DNA of 64,000 bases from Kiritimatiellia bacterium (GCA_050949565.1 JBMNFY010000007.1:1-64000); one strand, 5' to 3'. Shown: positions 37,791-48,755, counted from the first letter of the stretch. Notes: generated by a model from the sequence alone, not told the origin. Numbers and translations: made by a program.

Positions 37791-37843
37791 TGGGAGGGGC
37801 AAGCGTCTGCTTGCCCGCGGACGTGCAGACGCTCGTCCCTCCC
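37791..37843. repeat. REP doublet
   Basis: GGGAGGGGCAAGCGTCTGCTTGCCC-GC-GGACGTGCAGACGCTCGTCCCTCCC; inverse of the copies at 1251 and 14987. Confidence 0.85.
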
Positions 37844-37874
37844 GATGGTAAGAAACGAAAGAACGGAACGAGAA

Positions 37875-39302
37875 ATGAAGAGACGAGAGTTCATCAAAAC
37901 GACAGCAGCGGGGATTGGCGGGTTGTTGTCAGTCATGGGGGCGCGTGGTCAGGACACGGCGGCGGCGCCTGACAAACCGTTACGCGTGGCATTGATCGGC
38001 TGCGGTGACCGTGGCTGTCACGCGATCCTGCCGAATGTTATGACATCGGGCATGGCAGAAATGGTGGCGTTCATCGATCCGGATGGAAACGCGATCACTC
38101 GCGCACGGGAGCGCCTGAAGAAGTACCGGCCTGAAGCGAATGTGGAATCGATCGCCGCGTTCGCCGACTACCGTGATTTTTACAAGCAGATGGCAGGCGG
38201 CGTTGATGCGGTTTTTATCGCGACGCCCAACCATCAGCATTGCCTGCCCGCACTCCTCGCTTTTCGCAACGGCATTCATGCCTACGTTGAAAAGCCGATG
38301 GCCAATACGATTGAGGAGGGGCGCCGGATGCTGGCCGAGGCGCGTGCCAACCGCGTGGTCACGCAAATGGGGCAGCACGGCCACTCCAACGAAGGTGCGC
38401 GCCGACTCTGCGAATATGTCTGGGCGGGAGTCATCGGTCAAGTCACCGAGGTGTATTGCTGGTGTGACCGACTCAACGCGCGCGAGCAGCCGCTCGCACA
38501 GGATTCGGAGTGTCCGAAAAACTTGGACTGGGACAAGTGGATCGGCCCGGCAGCATGGCGCGGCTATAACCGCGGACTTCATCCTGTCGGCTGGTATTCG
38601 TGGCGCAGGTTTGGTAGCGCGACCATCGGCAACATGGGCAACCACGTCATTGATCCCGTCTTCTGGGCGTTGAAACTCGGCAGCCCGGAGAGTGTCCAAC
38701 TCGTGGATTTCCGCCCGGGCGCAGAAGAGTCATGGGGCCTTCGCGACCATATCGTCTGGAAGTTCCCGCAGCGTGGTGACCTTGCGCCTGTCGAGATGCA
38801 TTGGTTTGACGGACTCAAAGGCGACCTGCACTGGGACGACAGCACATGGACGAAGGGCACCTACAAGTACATCGTCAAGAAAGAACACCAGAACCTGCCG
38901 CCGAAACTGTTGGAGATCGAGAAGAAGCACGGTGTCGATCTTGGCCGTTGCGCGTCGATTCTGGTTGGCGAGAAAGGCATTCTCTGCATCAGCGTGTTTG
39001 GCGAGAGTCTGCGGTTTGTGCCGGACAGTCTCCGGTCCACGATTCCGCCGCCGCCCAAGACGCTCCCGCGCATCCGCGGTTCGCATCAGGTGGATTTCAT
39101 GCGCGCGTGCTTGGGCGGTCCGGCGGCCTGTGCGAACTTTGACTACTCACAGCCGCTCAATGAAATCGTGCTGCTCGGTGTTGCCGCTATTGAGGAAGGC
39201 TCCGGCAGAAGGTTGGATTGGGACGGCAAGGCCGGGCGCTTCAAGGATGACGCAGCGAACAAGATTTTGAGTGTGCCGAGTCGCGCAGGATGGGAAGCGT
39301 GA
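37875..39302 (+). CDS. Gfo/Idh/MocA oxidoreductase, Tat signal
   Basis: MKRREFIK; ALIGCGDRG; IATPNHQH; YVEKP; TQMG; GNMGNH. Confidence 0.9.
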   Translation: MKRREFIKTTAAGIGGLLSVMGARGQDTAAAPDKPLRVALIGCGDRGCHAILPNVMTSGMAEMVAFIDPDGNAITRARERLKKYRPEANVESIAAFADYRDFYKQMAGGVDAVFIATPNHQHCLPALLAFRNGIHAYVEKPMANTIEEGRRMLAEARANRVVTQMGQHGHSNEGARRLCEYVWAGVIGQVTEVYCWCDRLNAREQPLAQDSECPKNLDWDKWIGPAAWRGYNRGLHPVGWYSWRRFGSATIGNMGNHVIDPVFWALKLGSPESVQLVDFRPGAEESWGLRDHIVWKFPQRGDLAPVEMHWFDGLKGDLHWDDSTWTKGTYKYIVKKEHQNLPPKLLEIEKKHGVDLGRCASILVGEKGILCISVFGESLRFVPDSLRSTIPPPPKTLPRIRGSHQVDFMRACLGGPAACANFDYSQPLNEIVLLGVAAIEEGSGRRLDWDGKAGRFKDDAANKILSVPSRAGWEA

Positions 39303-39376
39303 TTGGGAGTTAGAATTTAGGAGTTAGAATTTAGGATTTGGGATTTGGGATTTTGGAATGAGGAATGAGGAGTTGA
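39303..39376 (+). repeat. 7-bp-period tract
   Basis: TTGGGAG/TTAGAAT/TTAGGAG/TTGGGAT/GAGGAAT units fill the intergenic space. Confidence 0.85.
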
Positions 39377-39379
39377 ACA

Positions 39380-40795
39380 ATGAAAAGACGTGATTTCATC
39401 AAAACGACAGCGGCCGGGATTGGCGGGCTGTCAGTCATGGGGGCGCGCGGTCAGGGAGCAACCGGTGCCAAAAAACCGTTGCGTATCGCTTTGATCGGCT
39501 GCGGCGATCGCGGTGGCAGGCAGTTGATCGTCGAGTGTTGTAAGGAGCAGGTCGTGGCGTTGGCCGATCCCGATCCCGCGCGTATCGCGTTCACATTGCA
39601 GCAGGTGCGCAAAACCCTGCCCTCCGCCGACACCGGCGCGATCAAAACGTTTTCCGATTACCGGAAACTTTTCGATGTGATGGGTAAAGATTTGGATGCG
39701 GTGTTCATCGCCACGCCCAACCACCAGCACGCGATACCTGCGTTGATGGCGATCCGCCGTGGACTCCACGTGTATGTTGAAAAGCCCCTGACGCACACGA
39801 TCCAAGAAGCGCGCTTGCTGCGGGAAGAGGCCAAGCGTCATGGCGTGGTAACCCAATTGGGGAATCACGGTCATTCGAACGAGGGATGCCGGCGTCTCTG
39901 CGAGTATATTTGGGCCGGTGCGATCGGTCAGGTGCGCGAGGTGTATTGCTGGACCAGTCGTTGTAACGGTCTGCCCGACGGCAATCACTCTCCGGCTCTT
40001 CCCCTGCCGCAGGGCTTTGATTGGGACTCATGGATCGGACCAGCGCCTTTCCGTGATTTCCATAACGATCTGCATCCGCACAATTGGCACCTCTGGCGCG
40101 ATTTCGGTAACGCCGCGATCGGTAACATGGGCTGCCATATCATCGATCCCGCATTCTGGGCACTCAAGCTGCAAGCGCCGGAAGCGGTAGAACTCGAGGA
40201 TGTGCGTGGCGGGGACAGTAAGGTCTGGCCGATCACGACCCGCCTCCGCTGGGACTTTCCGGCCCGCGGCGAGATGGCACCGGTCAAGGTCTACTGGTAC
40301 GATGGTCTGGCGCATGAGTTGGAATACGGTGAGCAGACGGTGGCGCGGCGCTGGCGCAACGTCAACAAGCGCGAATGGCAATACTTGCCGCCGCTGGTCC
40401 TCGAACTGGAGAAGAAGTACGACCGGAATTTCGGCAGGAACGGATCGTTGCTCATTGGCGACAAGGGAATCATGACGATCGGTGAATTCGGCGACGCTTG
40501 CCGCATGGTGCCCGAGGAGGCTCACCGAGCTTTCCCGATTCCCGACAAGATCCTGCCGCGCGTTAAAGGCACACATCAGGACGACTTCTTCCGCGCGTGC
40601 CGCGGCGGTGCGCCGGCCTGCTCGAACTTCGAGTACTCCGCGCCGTTGGCTGAAATCGCCTTGCTCGGCAATATCGCGATGATTGCGGGGCGTGGCCGTC
40701 GCGTCGAGTGGGACGCCGCCGCGATGCGTTGCACGAACATGCCGGAGTTGAACGCGTATGTGAAGACGACTTATCGAGAGGGGTGGTCCCTCTGA
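39380..40795 (+). CDS. Gfo/Idh/MocA oxidoreductase, Tat signal (paralogue of upstream gene)
   Basis: MKRRDFIK; ALIGCGDRG; IATPNHQH; YVEKP; GNMGCH. Confidence 0.9.
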   Translation: MKRRDFIKTTAAGIGGLSVMGARGQGATGAKKPLRIALIGCGDRGGRQLIVECCKEQVVALADPDPARIAFTLQQVRKTLPSADTGAIKTFSDYRKLFDVMGKDLDAVFIATPNHQHAIPALMAIRRGLHVYVEKPLTHTIQEARLLREEAKRHGVVTQLGNHGHSNEGCRRLCEYIWAGAIGQVREVYCWTSRCNGLPDGNHSPALPLPQGFDWDSWIGPAPFRDFHNDLHPHNWHLWRDFGNAAIGNMGCHIIDPAFWALKLQAPEAVELEDVRGGDSKVWPITTRLRWDFPARGEMAPVKVYWYDGLAHELEYGEQTVARRWRNVNKREWQYLPPLVLELEKKYDRNFGRNGSLLIGDKGIMTIGEFGDACRMVPEEAHRAFPIPDKILPRVKGTHQDDFFRACRGGAPACSNFEYSAPLAEIALLGNIAMIAGRGRRVEWDAAAMRCTNMPELNAYVKTTYREGWSL

Positions 40796-40887
40796 TGTTT
40801 GGACGAAGTGTAGGCGACGAAGTGCTTGGACGAAGTGTTTGGACGAAGTGTAGGGATGCGTGGTTCCCTGCCACTAACCGATTACGC

Positions 40888-41688
40888 GTGGCCGCCGCGC
40901 TTTTGATGGCGGTTGCGCTCTCGGTGTGCGCAGAGGAGAAGCTGCCTGTGTCACTCGACGCGCGAACCGACTTCTACTCGTCCTATGTGTGGCGCGGTAA
41001 AGTGCTGGACCGGCATGCCGTGGCGCAACCCAGCGTCATCACAACCTACGACGCGCAGGAGTACGGCGCGTTCTCCTTGAAGTTTTGGGTGAACTGGGAC
41101 TTGACCCAGCGTTCCTCCAAACCCAAGGCGACGCGCACGGGCGGCGGAATCAACGTGTTCAACATCACGCCGTCTTACAGCCGGGCGTTCGGGCCTGTGG
41201 ATGTCACGATCGGCAACATCTTTTACACGTTCCCGGGCGATGGTTATCCAAAGAACAGCAACAGCACGTATGAACTCTTCACGACGGTGGCCTACAAAAA
41301 CCCAGTCGTGACGCCTTCGCTCAGTGTCTACTACGATTACCGTGATGTGGGCGGCAGTTTCCTTGAGGACAATCCGCTCAAAGACCTCTATATCCGCGCC
41401 GCGCTAGACAAATCGGTACCGATCACTGAGCGGCTACGCGCCGGCGGGTGCGTGCTACTCGGTGCCGGCACCAGCCGCTACAACGCGGTCCGCTACAAGT
41501 CGCCCGGCGAAGGCTTTGCCGATTATCAGACCTCGCTCTTTTTGTCGTATGCCGTCACCGAGAACTTCTCGGCCGGCGCGACGCTGGCCTATACCGGTCT
41601 GATCGGTGGAGCCTGGGGGCTCGACCGCAGCGCCTGTTCGCCGGACGAGATCGTGTGGGGCGGCGTGAATCTGCGGCTGCTTTTCTAA
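40888..41688 (+). CDS. Outer-membrane beta-barrel protein (TorF/MipA-like)
   Basis: SSYVWRG, AQPS, alternating beta-strand pattern and terminal GVNLRLLF. Start codon uncertain. Confidence 0.7.
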   Translation: MAAALLMAVALSVCAEEKLPVSLDARTDFYSSYVWRGKVLDRHAVAQPSVITTYDAQEYGAFSLKFWVNWDLTQRSSKPKATRTGGGINVFNITPSYSRAFGPVDVTIGNIFYTFPGDGYPKNSNSTYELFTTVAYKNPVVTPSLSVYYDYRDVGGSFLEDNPLKDLYIRAALDKSVPITERLRAGGCVLLGAGTSRYNAVRYKSPGEGFADYQTSLFLSYAVTENFSAGATLAYTGLIGGAWGLDRSACSPDEIVWGGVNLRLLF

Positions 41689-41730
41689 TTAACTCATTAA
41701 CTTGGGATGCGGGCGTTGCCCGCATCCGCG

Positions 41731-42765
41731 CTATTTCCCCATCAGTGCGTTGATGATCAGCAGGTCGAGTTCTTCATAGTCGCGCGCGGCGATGAGGGCG
41801 TCGATCGCCTTCTGATCCAGCCCGCGCGAGACCTCGAGCAGATTCAGGAAAACCGTGCGGCTGTTGGAGAGGTGCTTGGTGCTGACATCGAATTTTTGCG
41901 TGCGCATGGCTTTGATGTCGAGCCCGACAAACTCTCCGCTGCTGCCGTAGGCGTGGCGATCGAGAATGCGCACTTGATTGAACGCGCGCCGCAGGTCGAT
42001 GCTGCCGAAGCTGCGGTCCGCGTCGAACTTGATGCCGTTCTGGTCGTTCAGATGCACCGAGAAGAGTTTTTTGTGTGCCAGCGCAAAGCCCATCTCGTCC
42101 GAGGGATCAAGCCCGGCGAGAATCGCGTGCGCGCTCTCGATATTTACGCCGACGCGCGCGGGATCGGAGCAGAGGTGCCCCAGAGCGATCGCGTGACCGG
42201 TGGTGGGGATGTAGGCCTGATCGACAGGCTCGTTGGGCTTGGGCTCAATCGCAATGCGGATGGAGGAGTCATGGGCCAGCATGCGGTTGATGGCCTCGAC
42301 GAGATACTCGGTCGAGCGCTTGCTGTCCTTGGATTCGCGCACGTAGGTGCCTTCGCGGGCCAGCCAGAGCACGATCAGCTTGGTGTCCAGCGCATGGGCA
42401 ATGTCGATGGCCCGCAGACTGCGCTCGATGGCGTAGGTGCGGCAGGCAGGATCGTTGGCGGTGTAGCCGCCGTCGATCGTGCGCGGGTCTTCCCAGAGCC
42501 GGGGGGCCACGAATTCGGCGACCAGCCCTTCGCCGTCCAGCATACTCTTCACCTCTTTGGCCTTTTTCGCGAGCGCGGTGGAGTCGAGGTCATTCAGGTC
42601 GGGCACGGCGTCGTCATCGTGAAATTGGACGCCATCGAAGCCCAGCGGTTTGAACAGCTTCAGCTTCTGAGCGAATGACATTGAGTCGCGCACGGGCGGA
42701 CCGAAGGGATCAGCGCCTTCGTGAATGTTCCAAGGGCCAAATGAGAAACGGAATGTCGTCTGCAT
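41731..42765 (-). CDS. xylA: Xylose isomerase-like protein
   Basis: FSFGPW..GADPFG, FHDDD, LWLAREG, IEPKPNEP, NIESAH and HLNDQ..FDAD. Confidence 0.8.
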   Translation of the reverse strand: MQTTFRFSFGPWNIHEGADPFGPPVRDSMSFAQKLKLFKPLGFDGVQFHDDDAVPDLNDLDSTALAKKAKEVKSMLDGEGLVAEFVAPRLWEDPRTIDGGYTANDPACRTYAIERSLRAIDIAHALDTKLIVLWLAREGTYVRESKDSKRSTEYLVEAINRMLAHDSSIRIAIEPKPNEPVDQAYIPTTGHAIALGHLCSDPARVGVNIESAHAILAGLDPSDEMGFALAHKKLFSVHLNDQNGIKFDADRSFGSIDLRRAFNQVRILDRHAYGSSGEFVGLDIKAMRTQKFDVSTKHLSNSRTVFLNLLEVSRGLDQKAIDALIAARDYEELDLLIINALMGK

Positions 42766-42962
42766 GATATCAAACCTCCTAAGTTAGAATGATAATGACA
42801 GAATGTGATGCCAGTATACCTGAGTGCGCAGCGGAAGTCTTTACCAAATTTTTATCTGATTTTCGCGTAATCGGTTAGTGACAGGGGCTTGCGAGTTTAG
42901 TGCGTGGTTTGTGTGTGCGCAGTCGGGAGCGCCCGCAGAAAGTTGAAAGTTAGAAGTTGAAT

Positions 42963-43153
42963 GTTTTTTAACTCAGAACGCTGAACGTCGAACTCTGAAC
43001 TCTGAAGGTGAAAACTCCTTGCCTATAACTTGGCATTAAAATAGGGGCACGGGTTTTCCAACCCGTGGCACGGACAGGAATGTCCGTGCTCCTTTCGCCG
43101 CGCACAGCGCGGCCGGTCAAGCAGACGCTTGACCCTCCCGGTGCTCCGCGAGC
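42963..43153 (+). repeat. 191-bp inverted repeat, left copy
   Basis: Reverse complement of 49150-49340 with 4 mismatches by manual alignment. Confidence 0.95.
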
Positions 43154-43472
43154 TCGGTAAAAGATTTTGTGCGGCGGCAAGCGGTATTCCGCGCGACGCC
43201 GCTTTTTGAACCCTTAGTCCCAGCACTTCGTCGGTTACACTTCGTCCCTACACTTCGCCGCTGGCGTAATCTACCAAGTGGTTTCGACTGTAGACGACTA
43301 AGTGTGTGTCTCCGCTCACGGCGCGGAGAGAAAGCGGTGCCGCGACCCGCGCACAGCGCGGCTCTTGTCACCGCAAATTTTCCGCTGCGCCATGCACGGT
43401 CTAAATACGCCAGATACCTGCCAACTCTCAACGCTCAACTTTCAACGCTCAAGTAGGCGGCGCATGCGCCGC

Positions 43473-43838
43473 CGGACGAGCAGACGCTCGTCCCTCCCGG
43501 TGCTCCGTAATGAAACCTGAAACCATCCTTCCGCACAGCGGAAGGCGGCTCGTGGGGACACTTGCCCTCCAAATCAAATCATGTAGTTCATGCGCCCGCG
43601 TAGCGGGAAATTAGGTCAATCAGGCCAAAAAAAATTAAACCACGGAACACGGGCAAGATGCCCGTGCCACACCCGTAGCATGGGCGTCCCGCCCATGAAG
43701 CGCACACGGGCAAGATGCTCGTGCCACACCCCTTTTGCAAGGCGTGCTGTCGCTGGCGAGAACGCCCGCGTTATTTTCTCACGACCTCCTTTTCACCAGA
43801 AACGTATGATCCTCGCGCACCCCTGTCACGAACCGATT
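43473..43838 (+). repeat. Modular mosaic repeat element, copy B
   Basis: Collinear with 14987-15320. Confidence 0.85.
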
Positions 43839-43987
43839 GCCCAAATTTACTCGATTCCCCTTGCCGATCACGTTCCCGTTTCGTACCATTGCAACGATTT
43901 TTATGCGGGGAAGGTCGATTACCGAGATGACGCGGATGGCGTCTCGGCGGTCGCGGAAACACGTCCGGCCTATGCCGGAGAAGAGAA

Positions 43988-45949
43988 ATGAAAAAGGGGA
44001 AAGTTATGATCTGCAATCGCAATGTTTGGCTGGCGGTAATCGCGGCGGCTTTCGTTTGTCACGGCGGGCAGGAGAATCTGGTGCGCAACCCCGGCTTCGA
44101 GCAGACGGAGCCTTCCGGGGCCACTGTCGCTTGGCCCGAACGCAAACCGGTGTATCGCTTTGCGGATGGCGCAGGACGGGAGGGCTCGCGGGGACTGGTC
44201 TTTGAGAACAGCGATCCCAAGTTCTACTCGTTTCCGTCGCAGGCGCTCGACCTGCAGCGCGGGTGTTGCTACGCCTATGAAGTATGGGTCCGGACCGAAA
44301 ACCTTGTGGGCGAGGAGTCGGGGGCGGCGGTCTGCATGGAGTGGTATGACGGCAGTAAATATCTGGGCGGGGCGTATGCCGAAGGGGTGCGTGGAACCAG
44401 CGAGGGCTGGCAGCGCGTACACGGTTTCACGCGCGCTATCCCGACGAATGCCACGCGCGTCAGCATCTCCCCCTATGTGCGCCGCGGCATGACCGGCAAG
44501 GCGTGGTTCGATGATCTCAAGGTGACGCGCTACGTGCCGCCGCTGGTTCGCGCCGTGAGCGTTTCCACTTATCGCCATGTCGCGGCGGAGGGCCCCGTGT
44601 CATTTCATGCGGCGCTCACGTTGGACGAGTCCGGCGTGGTGCCTTCGGAAGTGAAGGGACTTTTCAGCATCGAAACGAGTGATGGTCAGACGGTGAAACG
44701 CTTGGAACCGGCGACGCTGACCGAACGCCATGCCGCATGCACGTTGGACGCGCGGACGCTACCGGTCGGCACCTACACAGTGCGCTTTACTTTGAATATG
44801 CGTGACGGGACATCTCGCGGTAGCGCGCAGACCCATTTCTTGCGCGTTGATCGTCTGCCGGAGCGGCGTGTGTTCATCGACCCGCACCGGCGGCTGATCG
44901 TGGACGGACAACCGTTCTTCCCGCTCGGCATGTATTGGGGCGGCGTCAAAGAGAAGGAGTTGGGAATTTACGCCAAAGGGCCTTTCAACTGCCTGATGCC
45001 GTACGGCAGTCCGACGACGAATCAGATGGATGCTTGCCATGCGCGCGGCCTCAAGGTGATCTACTCGATCAAAGATTACTACTCCGGCACACGCTGGGCA
45101 CCTGCCCACATGAAGACCGAAGCGGATGAGGTGGCCGAAATCCAGCGGCGCGTGGCGCTGCACGGGAAACATCCGGCCCTGTTGGCTTGGTACATCAACG
45201 ATGAACTGCCGCTCGCGATGGTGGATCGGCTGGCCGCGCGCCAGCGGTTGATGGAGAAGCTTGATCCTGATCATCCCACATGGGTGGTTCTGTATCAGCA
45301 TGACCAAGTGGACGCCTACCTGCCGACCTTCGATGTGATCGGAACCGATCCCTATCCGTTGCCCGCCAAGCCGGTCGGTACGGCGTTGCTGTGGACGCGC
45401 AACACGCGTGATCTTTCTTTCGGCACGCGGGCCATGTGGCAAGTGCCTCAGGTCTTCGATTGGGGCGCATACCGCAAAGGCGAAGCCCGCGAGAAAACAC
45501 GCGCGCCGACGCTGGCGGAGATGCGCGCTATGGCGTGGCAGTGCGTGGCTGCCGGTGCGAACGGATTGGTTTTCTACTCCTTCTTTGACCTGTTCAAGAT
45601 GCATGACCGCGATCCATTCGAGCGGCGTTGGGCTGATGTCTGCGCGATGGGCGAGGAACTCAAGCGTTACATTCCGGTCATGCTCTCGATCGAGCCGCTG
45701 CCGCAATTGACTTGCAAGGCACCGGCGTCCGTGGAAACGCGCGCGTGGCGTGTGGGGTCACATCTCTACCTGCTGGCAGTGAACGGTGACACGGCGGCGG
45801 CTGATGCCGAGGTTTCGATCGCGGGCGGCTTCTCAGAGCTTCACGCTGAATTCGGTCAGGTGCCCAAGGTTTTGGACGGCGGTCGACTGGCCTTCCGCCT
45901 TGACCCGCTGGATCCGGTGATGGTGCGGGTGAAGCTAGGTAAGAGGTAA
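43988..45949 (+). CDS. Secreted CBM4/9-like plus glycoside hydrolase-like TIM-barrel protein
   Basis: NLVRNPGFE..WFDD carbohydrate-binding module; DGQPFFPLGMY, AWYINDE and DVIGTDPYP; TTGCCG-17-TACCAT promoter at 43861. Confidence 0.75.
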   Translation: MKKGKVMICNRNVWLAVIAAAFVCHGGQENLVRNPGFEQTEPSGATVAWPERKPVYRFADGAGREGSRGLVFENSDPKFYSFPSQALDLQRGCCYAYEVWVRTENLVGEESGAAVCMEWYDGSKYLGGAYAEGVRGTSEGWQRVHGFTRAIPTNATRVSISPYVRRGMTGKAWFDDLKVTRYVPPLVRAVSVSTYRHVAAEGPVSFHAALTLDESGVVPSEVKGLFSIETSDGQTVKRLEPATLTERHAACTLDARTLPVGTYTVRFTLNMRDGTSRGSAQTHFLRVDRLPERRVFIDPHRRLIVDGQPFFPLGMYWGGVKEKELGIYAKGPFNCLMPYGSPTTNQMDACHARGLKVIYSIKDYYSGTRWAPAHMKTEADEVAEIQRRVALHGKHPALLAWYINDELPLAMVDRLAARQRLMEKLDPDHPTWVVLYQHDQVDAYLPTFDVIGTDPYPLPAKPVGTALLWTRNTRDLSFGTRAMWQVPQVFDWGAYRKGEAREKTRAPTLAEMRAMAWQCVAAGANGLVFYSFFDLFKMHDRDPFERRWADVCAMGEELKRYIPVMLSIEPLPQLTCKAPASVETRAWRVGSHLYLLAVNGDTAAADAEVSIAGGFSELHAEFGQVPKVLDGGRLAFRLDPLDPVMVRVKLGKR

Positions 45950-45964
45950 TAGGGTCTAATTCCC

Positions 45965-48526
45965 TTACTGCTCCTGCGGCACGACGACGAAAACGGGTGT
46001 TCGGCCAACCTCGACGGACGCCGCGCCGACGAGTTCATTTCCCATCGCATCCCATAGGCGCCCCCCCTGCGGCAGAGCCGCGCGATCGAGCCGTGCGCGT
46101 CCCGGCACGAGTACGTCGTCCCATAGAACGCTCACCGAACGGTCGTCCCCACGGAACCGCGCCACGCGCATGCCCTCGGGCGGCGGGGCCAAGGGGGCGG
46201 GTTCAAGGCCATCAATGAAATAGGCGGTCACGGCGGTGGCGGCGGCCACCGGCGAGACGGCACGGTCGTAGTCGGCCAGATTCATCAGCCCGTGCCCGTC
46301 AAAACGGTCCGTGTTGTGCAGCGAATAGAGGAAAAGCTTGGCGATGCCGTTCGCGAACGTGTCCGCCCAGCAGCGCGCGCCAAAGGCAACCGCCTCCTCG
46401 AGATCCTCGGGCGGCGTGCGGCGGAAGGTGTAGAAGCTGGCCGTCATGCTCAGGTTGCCTTCCGTATTCCAGATTTCCGGCGCGGCGCGAGCGCCGAACG
46501 TCGCGCGCATGTTGGCGATGAGGGCGCCGCCGTCGGTGTCGCCGTCGCCGGGGACGTTGCAGAAGTAATAGTGCATCGAGTTGATGTCCGGCCGCTCCGC
46601 GACCGGGGCGCTCTCCAGAAACGGTTTCACGTAGTCGGGACTCGACAGCTCGGTACACCAGCCGACGACCTTCGCGGACGGATTGCCCTTTCGGAGCGCC
46701 GCCGCGCCGGCGTTGAAGACGGGGCCGAACTCCGCCGCCGTGCCGCGGAAGAAATAGCCGGAGATGTAGGGTTCGTTCCACACCTCCCAGTGGTCGATGC
46801 GGCCGGCGTAATGCGCCGCCACCTGCTCGCACCAGGCCGCGAAGGCCGCGGCGTCGTAATGGTGCTTCCCCTGCGCGTCCACGGGATGCGCCCACTCTGG
46901 CGGCCCGTCCGGCAGCCCGAGAATCGCGATGCCCGCCGCCCGGACGGCGTCGACCGGTTCATCGAACCATCTCCACTCGCCCGGCTTCGGGTTGCCGCAG
47001 GACATTTTCGTGATGCCCGAACAGTCATGCAGCCGCTCCCAGCCCATGCCGATCGCCCGCGCATAGCGGATGAAATACGGCGAAAGGCGGAAATGCGTGC
47101 CGAAGCGGCTGCGCTCCCCCAGTCCACGTGGAGGCGGCAAACGGGCCAGCACACGCTCGCACCGCACGGCGGACGAGGCGTCCTGCGGCACAAGCTCCAC
47201 GCGTAGAAGGCCGTTCGCATTCGGCTCAACGTCGAGGTGATGCGTCTTGCCGCCGGCCACAAGCTCCACGCGCCGCTCATGCACCAGGCGGTTCGGATAC
47301 GCCGTCACCCGCAGGGTGGCATGCACCACGGTCCCCGTCGGGCTGTCGGCCGCATGCGCCGCCAGGCGCAGCGGAAGAGGCCGTCCCCACGGCACGATGG
47401 CCGGCTGGTCCGTCGGCGCGTCGAATGCCAGTTCAAGCTCGTGGGGCGCGGCGGGGGCGTACGGCGTCGCGCGCGACCCCAGTTCAAACTGGAGTCCGTC
47501 CACGCGCACGGCATGGCCGTTGTCGCAGGATATCGTAAGCGCCGCCTGCCGGACATCCTCGGGGACGGGCGGCGTCGTCACCTCCAACCGCACCCATCCG
47601 TCCTGTGCCGCCACGGGAAACGTTTTGCCGAAGCGCCATTTGTTCGAATTGAGCCGTCCGTCCCAGCCGCCCAGTCGGACATGTGCCGTACCTTCTTCGC
47701 ATTTTGCCCAAAGCGAAAATGTATACGCTTGCCCGCTCGCCACATCCATCGGACGCGTGACGGTCTCGCCCGCCGTATAGGGACGTTTCGGGAACCACAG
47801 CGCCCGTCGGCCGAACTTGCCGCCCGCGATCCATTCCGGACGCGCGTCCTGCCATTCGCTCCACGCTTCGCCGGTGAAGACGGTGTTGATGAAGAAGTTG
47901 TCGTCCTTCGCCTCGCAGGAGCTTGATGGCACGAGGTTTCCGGCGACGGGTGGATTGTTGTTCTTCTCCACGGTCGCGTCGGGGTTGGCGTCAAATTCCT
48001 CAACCATCACGTCGTCCAGCAGAAAGTGTCCTATGCTGCCTGTGGAGACCATCACGCCAAATCCGCTCTGCACATCGGCCTTGGCGCAGAATGCGAACGC
48101 ATGCCGCTGCCAGCCGTTCGTGGGGCGGAACGTGTTCCCCGCGCCATACATCGTCCAGGGGTAGCCGATTTTCCGCACGCACACGTTGATCTTGCCGGGA
48201 TGATCTATGCCTTTCAGGAGAAAGCTCACGCGGTACCAGCGCTGCTGCCACATCGGCCAGGCGGGCGAGAAGATCTGCAGTTCGCCGCCGAAGTTGCTGG
48301 TCATGTCCACGTTCATCGCCCGCCCTCGACCGTCTGCACCTGTTTGGCTGCCGAACGCGCACGTCCGTCTGCCCCAGTTGCCCACGATCCAGCCCTCCGG
48401 GGCGCTCCGACCGTCCAACGGCATGTCGTCGAACGTCCAATGCGCCACAAGCCGACCCGCATTCGCCCCGGCTAGCGACACTATGCAGCCCCACACGGCC
48501 ACGGAAAGAGCAAGCGACGTCTTCAT
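45965..48526 (-). CDS. Secreted CBM-containing GH39/clan GH-A-like glycoside hydrolase
   Basis: Signal peptide; HWEVWNEP acid/base and IWNTEG nucleophile motifs; two galactose-binding-like modules. Confidence 0.75.
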   Translation of the reverse strand: MKTSLALSVAVWGCIVSLAGANAGRLVAHWTFDDMPLDGRSAPEGWIVGNWGRRTCAFGSQTGADGRGRAMNVDMTSNFGGELQIFSPAWPMWQQRWYRVSFLLKGIDHPGKINVCVRKIGYPWTMYGAGNTFRPTNGWQRHAFAFCAKADVQSGFGVMVSTGSIGHFLLDDVMVEEFDANPDATVEKNNNPPVAGNLVPSSSCEAKDDNFFINTVFTGEAWSEWQDARPEWIAGGKFGRRALWFPKRPYTAGETVTRPMDVASGQAYTFSLWAKCEEGTAHVRLGGWDGRLNSNKWRFGKTFPVAAQDGWVRLEVTTPPVPEDVRQAALTISCDNGHAVRVDGLQFELGSRATPYAPAAPHELELAFDAPTDQPAIVPWGRPLPLRLAAHAADSPTGTVVHATLRVTAYPNRLVHERRVELVAGGKTHHLDVEPNANGLLRVELVPQDASSAVRCERVLARLPPPRGLGERSRFGTHFRLSPYFIRYARAIGMGWERLHDCSGITKMSCGNPKPGEWRWFDEPVDAVRAAGIAILGLPDGPPEWAHPVDAQGKHHYDAAAFAAWCEQVAAHYAGRIDHWEVWNEPYISGYFFRGTAAEFGPVFNAGAAALRKGNPSAKVVGWCTELSSPDYVKPFLESAPVAERPDINSMHYYFCNVPGDGDTDGGALIANMRATFGARAAPEIWNTEGNLSMTASFYTFRRTPPEDLEEAVAFGARCWADTFANGIAKLFLYSLHNTDRFDGHGLMNLADYDRAVSPVAAATAVTAYFIDGLEPAPLAPPPEGMRVARFRGDDRSVSVLWDDVLVPGRARLDRAALPQGGRLWDAMGNELVGAASVEVGRTPVFVVVPQEQ

Positions 48527-48755
48527 CTGACGACGATTACCAGTCTGCCGTCGCCGCGCATAACGCGGCAATGAATGCGGCTTGTCCGATGCGAGGCCGT
48601 GACTGACCTGCACTTACCTTCCTGCGCTTCGTGTCGTGAATCGTCATTTTTTGAGTTCCTTTTCTTATCGCGCTTGTGTCGAGTCGCAAAACGCTGACAA
48701 AAAGGCATTGTCACACATTCCGAGGCGTTTGTCTAATGGACTTCCCCCCCAAAAA

